Positions 24,187 through 36,247 of a stretch of 64,000 bases of DNA are shown piece by piece (within the stretch, counting starts at the first letter, position 1; the number at the start of each line of letters is the position of its first letter). The stretch is from Takakia lepidozioides (Eukaryota > Plantae > Bryophyta), in assembly GCA_030704615.1 (NCBI GenBank), contig CM060732.1:52080001-52144000 (forward strand), read 5' to 3'. The notes under the pieces are model-generated. The model worked only from the letters and a program-made list of their open reading frames with translations, did no database searches and had not been told where the DNA came from. The translations under genes were made by a program, and so were the position numbers.

Positions 24187-26307
24187 TTAACTCCTAATGG
24201 ACGAGGCGACCTGAATCAGGTCGCCGGAAAATTTTGATTGGATGAAAATCATCGAGATGAATTCGGATGAATTTGAGCCCTGAATGAAAAATGTAGGAAA
24301 TTAAATTCTACGCCCCCTTGTGTTGATGGCACCCCAAAAATCCTAAAGGACAGCCAGCACGATTTTTTGGAAAGCGTGGGGGTACCCAAAAATCAGTGGT
24401 TTGGGGCCCTCCAGCAGGGTTGACCTGCCACGTGGCCGGCTGGATGGGGTGGGGTTCATGCGTTTGGCGGCGAGGGGTGCCACCGGGGGTGCATGTCCGC
24501 CCGTGCGGACAGCCACATCTCCCCCCGGCACGCGCGAAGGGTGGCGGGAGGTGGGAGGTATGGGCACTTCGCGTCCTTCGTTCTCTCTCGTTTGTGCATG
24601 TCGAGGGCTCGCAGCTTGTTGTGTGTAGATCTTCCTCTTACGCTCTTTCTTCCTTCCTGTGTCGATCCTATTTAGCCCTGCGTGCGCTTGATTGTTTTGT
24701 GCACTTATTTGGGCTCTTTGCGATGTGGGTGTGTGCGGGCCGCTGTTCCGTTTTGCGCCGCGGAGCTTTTGTTTGTCTTTAGAGCTGGCCGCTGCGTTTA
24801 CATCTGCTGCACCACCTACATTTACGAGGTGCGAGAAGGGCTGCGCAGCCACGAATTCAGTGCGCAACCGTCTGTTCGCCTTAGGTACAAGCTCGCCCCT
24901 TTTCCTCCTTTGTGCTTTTCTCTTTACACCTCTTGCTTATGCTTCATTCAGCTAGTGCTAGGGTTCTGCATGCCAACTGATTAGATCCTACAGCCATGCC
25001 GTCAGGGATGGTAGTGCTTGGGTTTTGTGTTTCTTGATGTGGGCATCAGATTTGGGGATTTGTTTTTTTGTTCTGTACGTAGGCTTGTAGTGATTGGGGT
25101 GAGCTGTCTGGGTGGTAGGGAATCAATGGCGCCTAAGCGCAAGGCCCTTGCTGCACCTGAGCCACCACCTCCTCCACCCGAGCATGCTGCTGTAGCCCAG
25201 GTTATAAGAGAATGGGCGATGCAAGAACAGCATTGCACTGAGGAGCAGTGCAAAGTAATCTTGGGCTGCCTTTCTCTTGACTTCCTGTTAAGCTTGCCTC
25301 CCCCGCCAGGTGCCAATTGTTGGCGTCGCCACCCTCGCCCTCACAACTTCTGTTTCCTGTTTAGACGTCAAGTTGCTCTTGTTCTAGGTTGGAGAGAGAG
25401 AAGAGAGGAGGGTGACAAGGACGGTTTTAGTGAGGCTGTGAATTCTGTGTTGAGAGAAGATGTCTGGCCCGATGCCAACAGTCAGTCGTCTGAAGGTTTT
25501 GGCTCGTGCAAAGAGGTCTCTTCCTGCAAGTGTGACAGCACCTCCCAAGGGTGTCGTCAGGAAAAAAACTAGTTATGGAGTGAATTCTGGGATTGGGGGA
25601 GAGGCTGGTGGTCTGCCGGTGAATGTGGGGTGTGTTGGTGGGTCTCTGAGTCTGGGGAGGATGGTGGCCGTGGGTCGGGTGGCTTTGGGGGAGTTGCATC
25701 CCAATAGTGGGGGTGCTGGGGGTACTGTGAATTTTGGGGAGGGGTCTTCTAATGGGAGTTTTGGGCATGATGAGGCCTCGTCGGACATGGACGCGAATTT
25801 TGAGGGTGACGATGGCTACATGGGGGACTCTGCCGATGAATGCGATTGGGAGAATGATGGGGTTGACATGGAGTGCGATGAGGAGCCAACCACCGATTTT
25901 GTCAAGATGTTCAAGCCTGCGACTTGGGAGTCCAATGTTGGCTCTGAGTTTGCAACTGATAAAGGTGCTTTTACTGGCCCTGTACCTGGTCCTTGCCTGC
26001 CAGATATGAAGGGCTCACATCCTGTTTGGTTCTTTCGTTTGTTTTGGAGACAACATGTACTTGCACGGATATGTAGGGAGTCCAATCGTTATGCATGTGA
26101 GGCTTTGGGTGCGGGCACTCGTGGGGGGCCTAAGTGGAAAGAGCTCACTGTTCGTGAGTTGAGGGCTTGGATTGGCATTTGTGTCTTCATGGGCATGAAG
26201 AAGTTGCCCCGAACTCGCTTGTACTGGCAACACTCGGAGCAATTCTTCTCTTGTCCTGTCATCCACAAAGTGATGACGAGAGATAGGTACGAGGCCATCC
26301 TCCACTG
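24187..26307 (+). mobile_element. piggyBac PB2, 5' half
   Basis: Candidate end TTAA-CTCCT at 24187; accessory ORF; transposase N-terminus 25460-26307 (FFRLFW, ESNRYA, ELRAWIG..MGMKKLP, RYEAILH), broken at 26307. Left boundary uncertain. Confidence 0.85.
25126..25572 (+). CDS. piggyBac accessory ORF1 (unknown function)
   Basis: MAPKRK... start (NLS-like); shares GCL..D.LL.L, NF..LFRR, LGW..R.EEGD..GFS..VN..LR..VWPD with PB1 ORF1. Confidence 0.7.
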   Translation: MAPKRKALAAPEPPPPPPEHAAVAQVIREWAMQEQHCTEEQCKVILGCLSLDFLLSLPPPPGANCWRRHPRPHNFCFLFRRQVALVLGWRERREEGDKDGFSEAVNSVLREDVWPDANSQSSEGFGSCKEVSSCKCDSTSQGCRQEKN

Positions 26308-27672
26308 GGATTTATGTGTGGGGCAGCACTACCACTAGTGCAGGTGGAGTCTGCTGCAGCCGTCACTCGAGGAGCATCACGAGTTCTTGAGCCACGAGGT
26401 GCAGAGGTGGAGTTAGATCCACAGTGTGGGGAGGCAAGCCGTCAAACTAGGTTACCTCAATCATTCATCTTGGGGGAGAGTGTCAACGACATCCATGGCA
26501 CCTAGTTCTCGCCCGACAGATACAGAGGCCGTTAGTGTGCCATTGGGGAGAGCTACACGTGCAGCACTGACACCTGCTGCCAAGGCTAGTGCAGCCAGTG
26601 TGTTGTTGGGGGCAGCCACCTCTGTGTGTCAAGCCCCACTGTTCTCGGCAACCATGATCGCGACGCCGAGGGTAAGACCAGCTGCAATGTTCAGACTAGC
26701 AGCAACACTCTGCGAGAGTGGGGATGTCACTTCATCTTCTGCGGAGTTGGTGGAAGGTGTAGTAGCAGAGAAATCCTTGGATTTGAGGGTCAAGACTGCC
26801 ACGGCTGCGCCATGGCAAGCTGCAGCTGCCAGGTTGACGGAGCTGCCAGCTAGGCCAGCCTTTGAGCGCGCCATGGTGACACCTGGAGTTGTCTTAATAG
26901 ACAACCAGGATGGCATTTTCTCTTTGAGTGGACCGGCAGGCAAGAGGTACCGGCCACTACGGGTCTTGTTGGACTCGGGACCTCAGTCACTGATGTTGGG
27001 CAAAGCTGCTATTGCAGGTTTGGGCCTCATGGAGGCGGATATGGAGCCTTGTCCTTTCCAAATACAGACATCTCTGGGAGGATCAGAGCAAGTTCGGGGC
27101 CTAACACGGCGTGAGTTGGCCATTAGACTACAGCCGGATCATCCTATAGATGGCTCAGTGATGCAAGCCAAGGTCATTGTGACAGATGCGGTCTCTTACA
27201 ATGTCCTCGTTGGTGGGGCAGTGTTATATCCCATGGGCTTCACCCTGGATTTTTGGGAGGAGTTAGCATCCTACAGGCCTGGATGGCAGTCAGGGGATGG
27301 TTGTCGTGTACAGCTCTCTGTGACATTCATTGGGGATGTTGTTGCTGCCCAGCGGGGCAAGATGTCAATACTAGCAGCCTTCACAGCTGCAGTTAGTTGG
27401 CCTGGAGAGTTGCTGGAGGGCAATGCCCATGCAGAGGATGTGCCACCTCTAGCAGAGCAGGATGACATGCATGGTACGGCGGAGTTGCCTGCCATGGTTG
27501 CTCATACTCCATTGTGGGGTACGAGCAAGGATTTGTAGCAGGCTGCTGATAGACGGGTGCAACAAGCCTGGGTAGAGGCCTTCGTACCGTCAGGAGAGGA
27601 GGAGAGTGCGGTGATTGCACCAGGACCACCTCAGTTGTCGCCATTGGACACCACACCTCTTGTGTGGCAGTG

Positions 27673-30600
27673 CCCGGATGAAGGCATATGTCTTCTGGAC
27701 TTGTTTGGCGGGATCAGCACTGGATTGGCTGCAGTGTTGCAGGCAGGTGTACGAGTTCGACGTTACCTGTATGTGGAGAGGGATGAGACTGCACGACGCG
27801 TCTCACTGCGCCATGTTGCTCAGTTGGTGCAGCAGTACCCTGATTTGTTGCCAGTGTCTGCAGTTCGTGGATACCAACAAACATTGCCAGCAGACATCTC
27901 TTTGCTGGTGGCGCATGATTTGGAGCGGGTGGACCCTATTCACTTGGTAGTGGCAGGTTCACTACAAGAGATGAGCGTTTTTAGGACTACGGATTTGGCG
28001 GAGTCATAAAAACGGCACTAGGTATACGACTACAGAGCGCTGAAATGCGTTGCAGTCATAGTTTTATCACTTTATAGTAATGGATATCACTACATGACTG
28101 GGAGCATTGGTCAAACATTGTTGACCATGATGACAAGGATGGTTTTGTGACTAGTGTGATATGTTTGACTAGACGTGGACGACGTTTCATGGAATCTTGT
28201 GACTCCATGACTGAAGATGGTTTTACAGCTCTATTTATACGACTACATCCCTACACGTGTCATTTTGAAAGCACATACATGAATGTATTCATCCATTGGA
28301 TGAGTTTATCCATCGATGACATGGCATGTAAACTTATGAGTCCCTTACTGCAAATTCTTTCATAACTTTATATATATGACTACATCACTACACATGTCAT
28401 TTAAAAGACATATACATTAATGAATTCATTCAATGGATGGGTTTATCCATCCGCCTATACGGTGTGTCGATTTGATATATGTTCAATAAATTGGACCTGG
28501 ATGGACGTGGCTTAACAAGGATCGCAAGATATATGAGATTAAAATACGTGGTTGTACAAGGTTAGATCATGTGATGGAAATTATTTTGAATTGTTAGATT
28601 TTACAGGATCTAACGGTTTAAGATTACACCGCCGAACTTTACACCGGGCTGGGACTTAGGCTTTTTTGTCTCTTGCGTTTCACCATCTATTTGATGTTGT
28701 GTCATGGAACGCGATGATCGTAGGATATGTAGGGGCGTGGGATGGAGGCTTTGCAGACCTTCCTACTCTTGAGCAAATGATGCAGGAAGGAGAAGAGGAG
28801 GAGGAGAGGAGACGAGGAGAAGATCCCAACATTCTTGTGAGCTCGCCGATTTTGGGAGAGAGACGAGACGAGGAGACGCTCACCGTTCTTGGGAGAGTCA
28901 GCTTGGCCTTAGCAGGCCGTGTTTCAATCTCTGCCTGCTCAGCTGCACCGTGGTGGTTCTATCTCACATACCAATCCAACATTACCTGACTACAGATACA
29001 AGCAGCACACACAAGGGGTCCTTTTGGGCTGATGGTCGGTCAAATCCTCTATGGGTCATGATACAAGGTAAAGGACAATGTGGTGAGGATACCTTCTTCT
29101 TTGACCTATTTCAGCCTGTTTTGCTCTGTTTGGCAGCATGAAAGTATCCAAAAACAGGTAATAGAGATGAGAAGAAGCTTTGGAATGAACACTTTTCCGA
29201 CCCCAGTCAATGGCGAGACAATGGAGACAAAAAGGTGAATGCATGTTGGACTACACTAGAGAGAAGTAGATGCAATTTAGAATTAGAACTACTGTAATAA
29301 TTAGGGTTGGGGTTTGCTAGAAGAACTTCACGCCATCAGTGTCAGCTGCTAGCAGCAAGTATTCATGATTTGTACACAGACAGGGGTAGCTAAAAGACCA
29401 GGGATAGAGGTCCAGGTTCATCCAAGAGGGCCGGATTTCAAACACAAGATTAGTTCTGATTCCCCGTGGATCAATAGCTACAAGAAATTTGCTAATGAGA
29501 AAATGGTCTGCTAACGAAAGCACGTTTTTCAACACATTTCACCCTGTTTTTCCCTCTTATCAGAATCGGCCCTAAATTTCCATGTTGAATTCTGCAAGTT
29601 AGTTGGTTTAGTGAACCTGGGATAGTTTGGAGTGACTTTGATATGATATTGCCAATGTGACAACAGGAAAGTATCCAAAAGAGGTAACAGAGATGAGGAG
29701 AAGCTTTGGAATGAATACTTTTCTGACCCCAGTCAATGGTGGGACAACCAAGGCAAAAATGTGAATACCTGTTAGATTACCAGATGTCATTTTGAACACT
29801 GCCCCTGCCTTGGTGGACATGTATGTCTGGTTCTTGGTAACCAAATCTGTTAAGTCAGGGAAGTAAATGGGCTGGGCCTTCTAGAAATCAGACCTTATTG
29901 TGAAGGTTCGGGCTGGTTGTGATGACAAGAGTTTGGTGATGCAAGTGTGACATTGGATGCATTTTTCCAGACCTGTTTTCTGGCCTTTTAGAGAGTCAGA
30001 CAGTGCTATTTATGCCTCACCAGTTTAGAATGTATTAAGTAAGGCATTGGGTAAGCCTTTTTAAGAACACATACATTCTTTCAGGCTCCCCCATGGAGAT
30101 TATAACCTGATTACAGACTGGTATTTTTGAGGATCTCTCTAAAACTTGGCAGAGTGACTGGATAAGGCCCTGGGATACATACCATAGCCCTGCATCTACT
30201 TATGGAAGTACAATCAGTTCAGCTTGTGCTTTTAGGAACATACAAGTCCTTTAAAGCTGTAATAGGGAATTGTTTTCATCAAAGCTCTCATTCTTAGGCC
30301 TGCTGGAATGGTTTTTTCAAAGACCTGTTTAGCTTACAACATACTTGTTTAAGCTATTTGAACCCAAGAATTACCAAGCCAGTATTTTTAAAGGGCTTTT
30401 TTGATTACGAACTGTATTCTTAAGCTCCCCCCAGAGATTGGGAATGTGACATGGTAATGACTCTCTCTCTCTCTCTCTCTCTCCTCCTCTGATACATGAT
30501 ACATATATACATGATTTGTGCAGAGGCATGGATAGCTGAAGGAGCAGGGATAGAGTGCATGGGTCCAGATTCATCCAAGAGGGCCGGATTTCAATCTCCA

Positions 30601-32290
30601 GATTACATATGATTCCCTGTGGAAGGATAGCTACAAGAAACCTGCATGGATAGATGATCAATTGGTTGGTCTTGAGCTGAAGATCACGACCCCTGCAGGG
30701 ATGTCTCTCCATCTGTAGATCTTTTAGGAAGTGGAAGGCTAGGCCTAGGGCCCAGCTTTCTTATGACATTGTTAGCTGATTTTCAGTTCTTCTCCTTAGC
30801 TCGGTGCCTTTCTGTTTCCAAGTTATGGCAGTAGTTTCTGGCTGCAGTCTCTTTTCCTGCTAGACTCTTTAGCTCTATGCAGACCCCCTTATTTGCTTGC
30901 CTTCCTTCTTACTACTCTTTCTTGTCTTGGTATGCGAAGCTGTGTCTTCCTCTTTCAGCCTCTATGGCACTCTATCCAGAGGTTATTTTTCCTCTTTGTA
31001 TCCAAGGACATTTTATGTCCATTACCTATAAAGTTCTAGAGGCCACTGTCCCCACTGTCCCTCTTTGTTAACAAAAATAAAAAAAATAAAAAAAGACAAC
31101 AATGGCTTCCATTCTATTTTCCTAGAAACCTAATGAGAATTTAAATCAATTAATAATCTAAATATTATAATTGTATGATTTAATTTATTAAAATAAAATA
31201 TGATTAAAAAACCTCTTTAGTCATGAAGTTATATACTCATGACTACATCATGGCAACGTGGCATTATATGATACGATATTCTTTCCCACGTGTGGGTCAT
31301 ATATGTTGTCCATGTGGACACGTGTCACATCCGGAGTGCTACATATGTCTCTCTGACGCCTCTCCAATGGAGTTATACTTTGTAGACATGTAGTCATATA
31401 GTTAGTCATATATAAATCATATAGTTGTGACTACATCCTCTCTACAACATGACTCCAGGTGCCATGCACGCAGTCACGGCTATGACTTGCAAAACGCAGT
31501 CCTAAAGACTAGTCGCTATGACAGGGTTTTTTTCACTGCAGAGTGATATAGTCATGAACGCATATAGGACTGAAAAAATAGTCATATGTGCAGTCATAAA
31601 AACGCTCATCTGTTGTAGTGCCCTGCCAAGGGCATTCATCAGCCGGGCATGACAATGGGTTACAAGACTCAAGGTCACGCCTGTTTTGGGAAATGTTGAG
31701 GGTCCTATGCTATTTACAGCTTCAGCAGACAGACCCTCCGGCATATATCTTGGAGAATGTGTCATTGATGGATGATTCTAGGGCCAAGGTGATGGCCAGT
31801 GTGCATCAAGTGCGGTTTTGGCTTGAATTAGCAGTGTTGCTGGACGCAGCTGCGGTGGGGTCATGGGCTCATCGCCCCCGACAATGGTGGACCAACTTGA
31901 TGTCACCTGCACTGCTCAAGCGTGCATTTGATGGGGTGCAGCGGCCACCACACCTGACGGTGGATAGCATTTTGGACATAGGAAGACAGTCTCAGCGTGT
32001 GAGACACGATGACTGGTCACCTTTGGCAATGGTCAATAAGGTGGGTCACCTACGAGCCGCATTGCCTACACTCCTCAGCTTTCCAGGATCCCATGCTTTT
32101 CGGGATGGTGGACCTGGCCTCTTGTGGGATAGCCAGTTGCTGCAATTAGTGGAGCCCAATGCTGACGAGCGCGAGCGGGTGATGGGTTTTACCACTGGTA
32201 CCATGGCAGTGTCATCTCTTTCTGAGGCATCACGTCGTCAGGTGTTGGGGCAAGCAATGGACCTCAATTGCTTGACCTGGATTATCAGCT
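27673..32290 (+). pseudogene. C5 DNA methyltransferase domain of copy 2, split by a CACTA insertion
   Basis: LLDLFGGISTG (I), YVERD (II), VVAG|PCQG (IV), YILENV (VI), AHRPR (VIII), ERERVMGF (IX), RRQVLGQAM (X). Confidence 0.92.
27960..31620. mobile_element. Non-autonomous CACTA (En/Spm) element carrying captured fragments
   Basis: TIRs CACTACAAGAGATGAGCGTTTTTAGGACT ... AGTCATAAAAACGCTCATCTGTTGTAGTG; many subterminal TGACT/AGTCA motifs; no transposase ORF; flanks rejoin the DNMT sequence. Confidence 0.92.
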
Positions 32291-35200
32291 TAGCTATGGC
32301 TGAGCAGCGTAGAGTACGGAGTACACTTCCCTTGAGGGTCTCCCTGCCTACCGAGACGGTACAGGCAGCGAGTGGGGGCGAACAGGTGAGGACCACAAGG
32401 TGCAGACCGCATCCATGGCACACGTGGGAGGTGCTTGAGGTTCAGAAGAAGTTGGCAGCCAAGACGGCGGTGATGGATCAGGTTGGGGATTTTTCTAGGG
32501 TTGAGAAGGTCCTCAAGGATGGGATGATGGGGCATGATGAGACATTGTCACTGACAGAGGAGGCAGTGGTCACTGCTCAAGAGGTTGCAGCATAGCAACC
32601 ACGGGACGCGTCTTCTACCTCTAAGCCTGCTGGACTCAAGGTTGCAGTCACGGAGGACAACTGAGAGCCTGATGTTGGACCTATAGTCACCGGAGGAGAA
32701 AGACGACGTATACGGCGGTTTTTGAGGGCTTACAGGAACTGCTTTGCCTTCAGTTTGAAGGACTTAGGAGCACTGAAGGGTCAAGAGATTCGCATTGAAT
32801 TGGCTACTGACACACCAATCTTTCGGAGACCTTATAGATACAGTAACATGGAGAGGTCCTTGATTCAGATGAGAACTCAGGACCTTTGGGAGGCTGGTTT
32901 GGTGGAGCTATCTAGGGGAGAGTATGCTTCAGCCACAGTGATGCCAGCCAAGAAGGATGTCTATGGCAATTGGACGAAGAGACGTATGTGCGGTGATTAC
33001 CGGCCTGTAAATCGTCAGACCAAGTTTGATAGGTATGCCATGCCGACACCAGAGGAGATCTTTTAGGGCATGCCAAGGTCTTTAGCACTTTGGATTTACG
33101 ATCCGGATATCACCAGTTGCTGATCAAAGAGGCGGATAAGCAGAAGACAACATTCTGGGGGATCAATGAGCATGGGAAGGATTGCCTATACCAGTGGCGG
33201 TTATTACCATTTGGGCTTAAAAACGCTCCGACAGAGTTTTAGAGAGTCATGGACAGAATTCTAGCAGGGATGGAGTTTGATCGGTGCTACATAGATGACA
33301 TCATCATCTTTAGTGCTACGGTGGAGGAGCATGAGAGACACCTTCAGGTGGTATTTGAGCGCTTGAGGGCGCACGGATTGAAGTTACATCCGGGGAAGTG
33401 CAAGTTTTTCCACAACCAAATTGAGTATCTGGGTCACATGATATATCCTGGAGGATTGGGAGTACAGCAGACTAAGGTAGAGTCCATTGCACAAATTCCA
33501 TGCCCCACGGATGTGAGCCGAGTTCGAGTTTTCATGGGGTTATCAAACTATTATAGATGGTTTGTTAAGGGATTTAATGCCATTGCAAAGGCTCTAACCA
33601 AACTGACCAAGGTGGACCAGGAGTGGCAGTGGGAAGATGAGCAAGAACAAGCTTTTCAAGAGCTCAAGGCGAGGTTGACCTCGGTGCCCATCTTGAGACG
33701 ACCTATCAGGGGGCGTCTTTTTCAGCTGCATACAGATTGGAGCATGTTGGGGCTTGGAGCGGTGCTCACACATGTGGATGATGAGGGAAGAGAGTTCGTA
33801 GTGGCTAGCCACTTGAACAACGCAGAGTCTAAGTATAGTTCATATGAGGGAGAATGCTTAGCTGCAGCGTGGGCCATGACACACTTCAGGTGCTATCTAT
33901 ACGGCAATCTCTTCACCCTTGTCACGGATCACCAACCACTCAAGTGGTGGATGGAGTCAGACAAGCTTACGGGGAAGCTTGCACGGTGGGCACTCATCCT
34001 TCAAGAGTATGATTTTCAGGTTGTGCATCGACCAGGTTTGGTCATTCGCAATGCAGATGGATTGAGTCACAATCCATGCACAAGCCAGTAGGATGACACG
34101 CTCGGTGGCATGGTGAGACGGACGAGGAGATGGTGCCCGGATGGCATGCATCTGCATTTCTGTGTGTCTTGGCAGCAGAAGGCCAGGTTGGACCTGCAAT
34201 AGGGATGACTGTAGATCAAGTGTCTGAGGACCCTGAGGTCAGCAATGAGCAAAGTGGCGCAAAGATATACATGAGGATTCAGCTGTGTTGGACTACCTCC
34301 ACACTGGAGACACGGCAGCCACTGTGACTGCCAAGGAGAGGGATCGGATCCTACAACGAGCCAAGAGGTTCAAGTAGGATGGGACACGCCTGCTCCGAGT
34401 GTGGGAGGATGGTCGAGTGAGGATTGTGCCTCACCCAACACAGCGGGCACGGTTAGTGCGGCATGCCCATGAGGAGTTGGGGCATTTTGGGGTGCGACGC
34501 ACTCATAGTCTACTGCAGGGGCAGTATTGGTGGCGTGGTATGCACACAGAGGTGCAACAATTTGTGGCTAGGTGCATGATGTGTGACAGGGTGCATGCTT
34601 CATTCAACGCCTCTACTCCACAATTGCACCCTCTTTCGATCATGGGATTGGGCTACAGGTGGAGTCTTGACTTCGCAGGGCCGTTGCCACTGACCATGCG
34701 CCACAACAAGTACGTGTTGGTGATGGTGGAACACTTCTCCAAGTGGATCGAGTTGGTTCCATTGCCTGATAAGGCTAGTGAGGAAGCTGCGTATGCATTC
34801 TTGGATTGTGTACTTAGCCGATTCGGTGCTCCAGCTGAGGTACTCACGGACCAAGGGAGAGAGTTCTTGGGGGAGTTTCAGGCTTTGTGTGACAAGGCCT
34901 TGGTAGAACACCGCACCACTTCTCGGGATCATCCTGAGGCCGATGGCTTGGCAGAGAGAGTTGTTCAGACAAGAGGGGTTTGCGCAAGTATGGCTTGTAG
35001 AAGGGACACCTAGGAGATTGGGACCTTCAGTTACCCTGGTTAGCAATGGGCTATAGGTTCAGCAAGCAAGCATCACTTGCCTCCTTCTCACCATACTTTT
35101 TTCTCTTTGGCCGAGAGCCGGATTTGCCTACATCCATCCGTAGAGAAGCTGCTACAGTTCTTAATCTTGACGATCCGGACGTGTGGGCACGTGCATGTGA

Positions 35201-35735
35201 GCAGCATGCAGAGTTGTTCAAGAAAGTCATGCCCATGGCTTTCGAGAACCTTGCCATTGCACAACATCGTGATACGTTGAGGTATGCTACCATACGTGGT
35301 GGGGACTATCGTCCTGGGGTTCGGAGATTCAACCCTGGTGACTATGTCTATCTGCAGCAGACTGCTCCTATGACTTTGGATGTGACTGCAAGACGTGTTA
35401 TTTTGAGGGTTCGAGAGGTCTTGCCCTCAGGCGTCTTGATCTTGAGGGGTCGAGATGGCATAACTTGGAAAGACCATGTGCGTAATTGTGCGTCATGTCA
35501 TCTTCCGAATGTCGATGGCAGGATTAACCCAAATCTGGCAGTGGTACCTGCAAGTTTGAGGTGCATGTTGTGTGGGTCTGCTAGAAGGGCCGCCACCATG
35601 CTGGTGTGTGATCGATGCTCTAGAGGTTGGCATATGGGATGCTTGACTCCACCTCTTGAGATGGTTCCTGATGGGGATTGGATATGTCCGCATTGCATTG
35701 GATAGTGGGAGTGGATACAACCATGGAAAGCTAAC

Positions 35736-36247
35736 TGCGCATATATGTGTGGTGTGGTTTGGACAACGATGTAGTTGTGTAGCGATACGTATGCGCACGA
35801 CAACTGTCAAGTTAAATAAACACAGTGCGAAACTAACTAGAATAAATCTAGTTATTTGTATTTAACACTTGGATTTAGTTCAAGTGTTAAGTCAGGTGTC
35901 AAGTTTAGTTTGACACCTGAACTGTCTTATCTTTACGAGAGCGTCAATCGTGTGACTCATCTCTCTCGAATTGAGCCTGCACGACCGAGCTCCTTCACTG
36001 CTTAGAATCTGAGTGTGCTTATGAAGGGAGCATAGGTTGTTGTGGGGGTGGAGTCCCCATAGCTTGGGGTGCCCCTGACTTGACTACTATTTTAAAAAAT
36101 GATGAGTGATGGTGTTGGATTTCATGTTTTTGTGTCAACAATGTGTTTTAGTTTCTTATCATTGTGGTAGACTACTTTATTGTGCATATATGTGTGGTGT
36201 GGTTTGGACAGCGATGTAGTTGTGTAGCGATACGTATGCGCACGTCA
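35736..36247 (+). repeat. 3' split-repeat terminus of copy 2 (partial A - AC - B - A)
   Basis: Same A-B-A arrangement as copy 1; junction CGACA-AC-TGTCAA at 35798-35810. Confidence 0.92.

Larger units (their letters stand above)
26324..36247 (+). mobile_element. DNMT/PHD Gypsy retrotransposon copy 2 (5'-truncated, degenerate)
   Basis: Colinear homology to copy 1: protease LLDSG (~26965), DNMT (27673-27959 and 31621-32290), RT/RH (32760-34090), integrase (34399-35100), PHD (35560-35700), then partial A / AC / B (35805-36161) / A (36161-36247). Several stops and frameshifts. Confidence 0.93.
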
